Source: Kofleriaceae bacterium (lineage in GTDB: Bacteria > Myxococcota_A > Polyangia > Haliangiales > Haliangiaceae). Taken from it: a DNA stretch of 19,319 nt. Positions 16,182 through 19,319 of the stretch are shown in pieces (position 1 is the stretch's first letter; each line of letters starts with the position of its first letter). The stretch lies in NCBI GenBank assembly GCA_046597055.1, contig JBKJLC010000203.1:1-19319 (forward strand), in the 5' to 3' direction. The translations under genes and the position numbers were made by a program. Below the pieces are notes generated by a model. It saw nothing but the letters and a program-made list of their open reading frames with translations, was not told the DNA's origin and ran no database searches.

Positions 16182-16649
16182 GTGTCAGCCCGACCTGTCT
16201 CCCGACCGATCGACCTGCTGCCGACCGCCGTGAGCGGCCTGCTCGCGCTGCTGATGGTGGTGCTCGGCGCCCGCTTGCTCTACATCGGCCACATGCTGCC
16301 GCTGTTCGGCGCGTCGATGATCGTGATCGGTGTGCTGGCGGTCGTCCTGACGATCCGCGCCGCCCGCGGCCACCGCGCGGCGTGGGCGCACCTGGTCGCC
16401 CTGTGGGGCGTGGTCGGATTCTGCGCGTTCTTCTCGGCCCCCAAGGTGATCTCGCTGGGCACGCTCAAGCAGGTCACCCCGGAGATGGAGCTGACCCTTG
16501 GCCGCGCCAAGGCCGAGGCCACGATCGACGACGAGAACTTCAACATCCGCCTGACCAACCTCGGTTGGTGTGCGCTGTTCGCGCTGCCGTTCGGGGTCGC
16601 CTGCGGCCTGCTCGCCAGCCGCGGCCGCGATCTCGAGCGGCGCATCTGA
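16182..16649 (+). CDS. Small integral membrane protein (about 4 TM helices), unknown function
   Basis: AGGAG RBS at 16171-16175 before GTG; four hydrophobic segments; 155 aa. Confidence 0.85.
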   Translation: MSARPVSRPIDLLPTAVSGLLALLMVVLGARLLYIGHMLPLFGASMIVIGVLAVVLTIRAARGHRAAWAHLVALWGVVGFCAFFSAPKVISLGTLKQVTPEMELTLGRAKAEATIDDENFNIRLTNLGWCALFALPFGVACGLLASRGRDLERRI

Positions 16650-16651
16650 AG

Positions 16652-17647
16652 GTGCGTTCGGTGGTGGTGGTCGCGGCGCTCCTCGGCGCGACCGCCTGCG
16701 GGAACCGTGGCCCGCGCCCACCGCCCGGCCAGACGTCCGTGACCCGCGACGGTGGCTCCGCTGCCGATCCGGAGCCCGTGGTCGCGGCTGAGCTCGACGC
16801 CGGGCCCGCGGTGGCGGCGGGCGCGCCGTCGCTCGACTGCGAGCGCCTCCCGTTCGCGCGCGACATCCCGATCGCCGAGGCGTCGGGGGCGGTGTGGCTA
16901 CCCCAGCAGGACGGCGTGATCGTGATCGTCGGCGACAGCGGCAACCATGGTGCCTATCTGGTTCTCGACGACGCCGACGGCACCGTGCTCGCAAAGGGGC
17001 GGCTGCCGCTGGACGGCCCCGGCGACGATCTCGAGGGCCTTTCGACCGACGGCATCCTCCTGTGGGCGATCACCAGCAGCGGCTACCTGCGGGCCTGGCG
17101 CCCCGCCGGGGCGGACGAGAAGGGCTATCAGCTGGCCGTGCCCGCGTACCCGGTCGAGGCCGACGGCGCGTGCGAGGTCGACGACGTCAACTGTGGCCAC
17201 AACTTCGAGGGCCTGTGCCTCGCGGCCGCCGGGCGCGGCGCGGCGGGCACGCCCGCCGATCAGGTCGAGGGCTGCGCCGGCTACGCGGCGTCGAAGAAGT
17301 CCGGCGAGCTGCTGTGCCTGGTCCGTGAGGGCGATCGGTATCGGCTCGATCCGACCCGGTCGCTCGCGATGTCGTCACCCGAGGCGCTGGCCGCCTGCGA
17401 CATCGGGCCCGACGGCGCGGTGTGGACCGGCGACAACCTGTTCGGTGGCACCCAGGTGCGCCGCCGGCACGACGGCGCCACCATGATGGCGCGGCTCGGC
17501 GACGGCTTCCCCGAGACGATGGCGATCGCGCCCGCCGACGGCGGCGCCGTGATCGTCTTCCGCTTCTCGGACACCAGCGGCAGCCCGAGCAAGGCCAGCC
17601 GCCACCGTTGCCGGGTCATCGCCGCGCCGGCCGCACGGCCGGAGTAG
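16652..17647 (+). CDS. Putative lipoprotein, beta-propeller-like (EASG / DLEG motif type)
   Basis: Start moved to GTG 16652, 2 nt after the upstream stop: MRSVVVVAALLGATA-C; blade-like motifs EASGAVW, VGDSGN, DDLEGLS, NFEGLC, PEALA, PETMA. Confidence 0.8.
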   Translation: MRSVVVVAALLGATACGNRGPRPPPGQTSVTRDGGSAADPEPVVAAELDAGPAVAAGAPSLDCERLPFARDIPIAEASGAVWLPQQDGVIVIVGDSGNHGAYLVLDDADGTVLAKGRLPLDGPGDDLEGLSTDGILLWAITSSGYLRAWRPAGADEKGYQLAVPAYPVEADGACEVDDVNCGHNFEGLCLAAAGRGAAGTPADQVEGCAGYAASKKSGELLCLVREGDRYRLDPTRSLAMSSPEALAACDIGPDGAVWTGDNLFGGTQVRRRHDGATMMARLGDGFPETMAIAPADGGAVIVFRFSDTSGSPSKASRHRCRVIAAPAARPE

Positions 17648-17657
17648 GATCGGCGCC

Positions 17658-18140
17658 GTGCAGTGTCCGTTCTGCGGCAGCGACTCGAGCGTCACCGAGA
17701 CGCGGGTCAGCCCCGACGGGGTCCGCCGACGGCGGGTGTGCGGCTCGTGCAAACGGCGCTTCACGACCTACGAGCGGGTCGGCTCGCCGGGGCTCAAGGT
17801 CGAGAAGCGCGACGGCCGGCTCGAGCCGTTCGAGGCCGACAAGCTCACCCGCGCGCTCCAGCGGGTGAGCAAGCACCGCGCCGCGGTCAAGGCCGACGAC
17901 CTGCGCCGGGTCGTGCGCGACGTCGAGGCGACCTTGCTCGACAGCGGCGCCAAGACCGCGACGTGGGCCGCCATCGTGCGGCTCCTGCTCGATCGCCTGG
18001 AGGCGATCGACGTCGTCGCGGCCGAGCGGCTGCGCGCCAACTACGTCGACGAGACCGGCCGCATGCGGCTCGACGAGCCCGCCGGCGAGACCGACACCGA
18101 CCGACCGCAGCTCGGCCTGTTCGTCGGCGAAGACCCGTAA
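17658..18140 (+). CDS. nrdR: NrdR-family transcriptional regulator (Zn ribbon + ATP cone), divergent
   Basis: MQCPFCG...VRRRRVCGSCKRRFTTYE Zn ribbon followed by ATP-cone start VEKRDGRLEPFEADKL. Confidence 0.88.
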   Translation: MQCPFCGSDSSVTETRVSPDGVRRRRVCGSCKRRFTTYERVGSPGLKVEKRDGRLEPFEADKLTRALQRVSKHRAAVKADDLRRVVRDVEATLLDSGAKTATWAAIVRLLLDRLEAIDVVAAERLRANYVDETGRMRLDEPAGETDTDRPQLGLFVGEDP

Positions 18141-18180
18141 GCCGAAGAAATCGTGGCGGTGGCTGGCCCCGCGCGGCCGG

Positions 18181-18189
18181 TGCTACCGT
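18181..18189 (+). promoter_or_regulatory. Putative extended -10 of a leaderless transcript
   Basis: TG-C-TACCGT followed by 6 nt then ATG 18196; no SD sequence. Confidence 0.5.
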
Positions 18190-18195
18190 GCCGCC

Positions 18196-19020
<825 letters not shown>

Positions 19021-19050
19021 CACCTCGTCGCTGGCCTTCGAGCTCGGGCT

Positions 19051-19068
19051 CGCGACGAGCTCGTCGCG
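19051..19068. terminator. Perfect 18-bp palindrome downstream of the SDR gene (possible terminator hairpin)
   Basis: CGCGACG-AGCT-CGTCGCG, 30 nt after the stop codon; no U-tract. Confidence 0.4.
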
Positions 19069-19319
19069 CAGGGACATCGCAAGGACTGCGCGAGATCTTG
19101 AGTGACAGCAAGTTGGGCTGGAGCGTCTGCTCTCAGGATTGATCACTTCTTCCGCTTTGGTTCGAACGCGCTTTCGCTTCGACCCGTGGCTGGGGCACGC
19201 GCGGCCGGCCTCGCCGTCGGCGAAGCCGAGGTCCCGGCGCTTGCTCGATCCGGGGTCCCCGGGCGTGACGCACGCCGGTGCCATTGCCCCAACTCGCCGA
19301 CGCATGCACCACCCGGCCG

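Overview
GC-rich (~70%) bacterial chromosomal window, most consistent with a myxobacterium (PEGA/TPR proteins, DAA-linker lipoprotein, TSP3-OmpA protein, Hanks-type kinase). A ~13.5 kb leftward, largely translationally coupled cluster is headed by a receiver-like/RsbW-type ATPase gene and an unusual tandem (STAS+Zn-ribbon)x2-TM-LPP20-like-PDZ protein. It continues with a TPR-PEGA protein, a small Cys-rich lipoprotein, a FadL/OmpP1 channel, two lipoproteins, a TraB-like barrel/TSP3/OmpA protein and two tandem paralogous TonB-dependent receptors (the last truncated by the window edge and absent from the ORF track). Divergently on + are a secreted TPR/PEGA-like protein, a Ser/Thr kinase with NRD in place of HRD, a small membrane protein, a propeller-like lipoprotein, a divergent NrdR and a PECR/DECR-like SDR. 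No CRISPR array, rRNA, tRNA or clear mobile element was seen. The best novel-system candidate is a membrane-spanning partner-switching module heading an outer-membrane/envelope operon. All family assignments are by eye from motifs; no searches were run.
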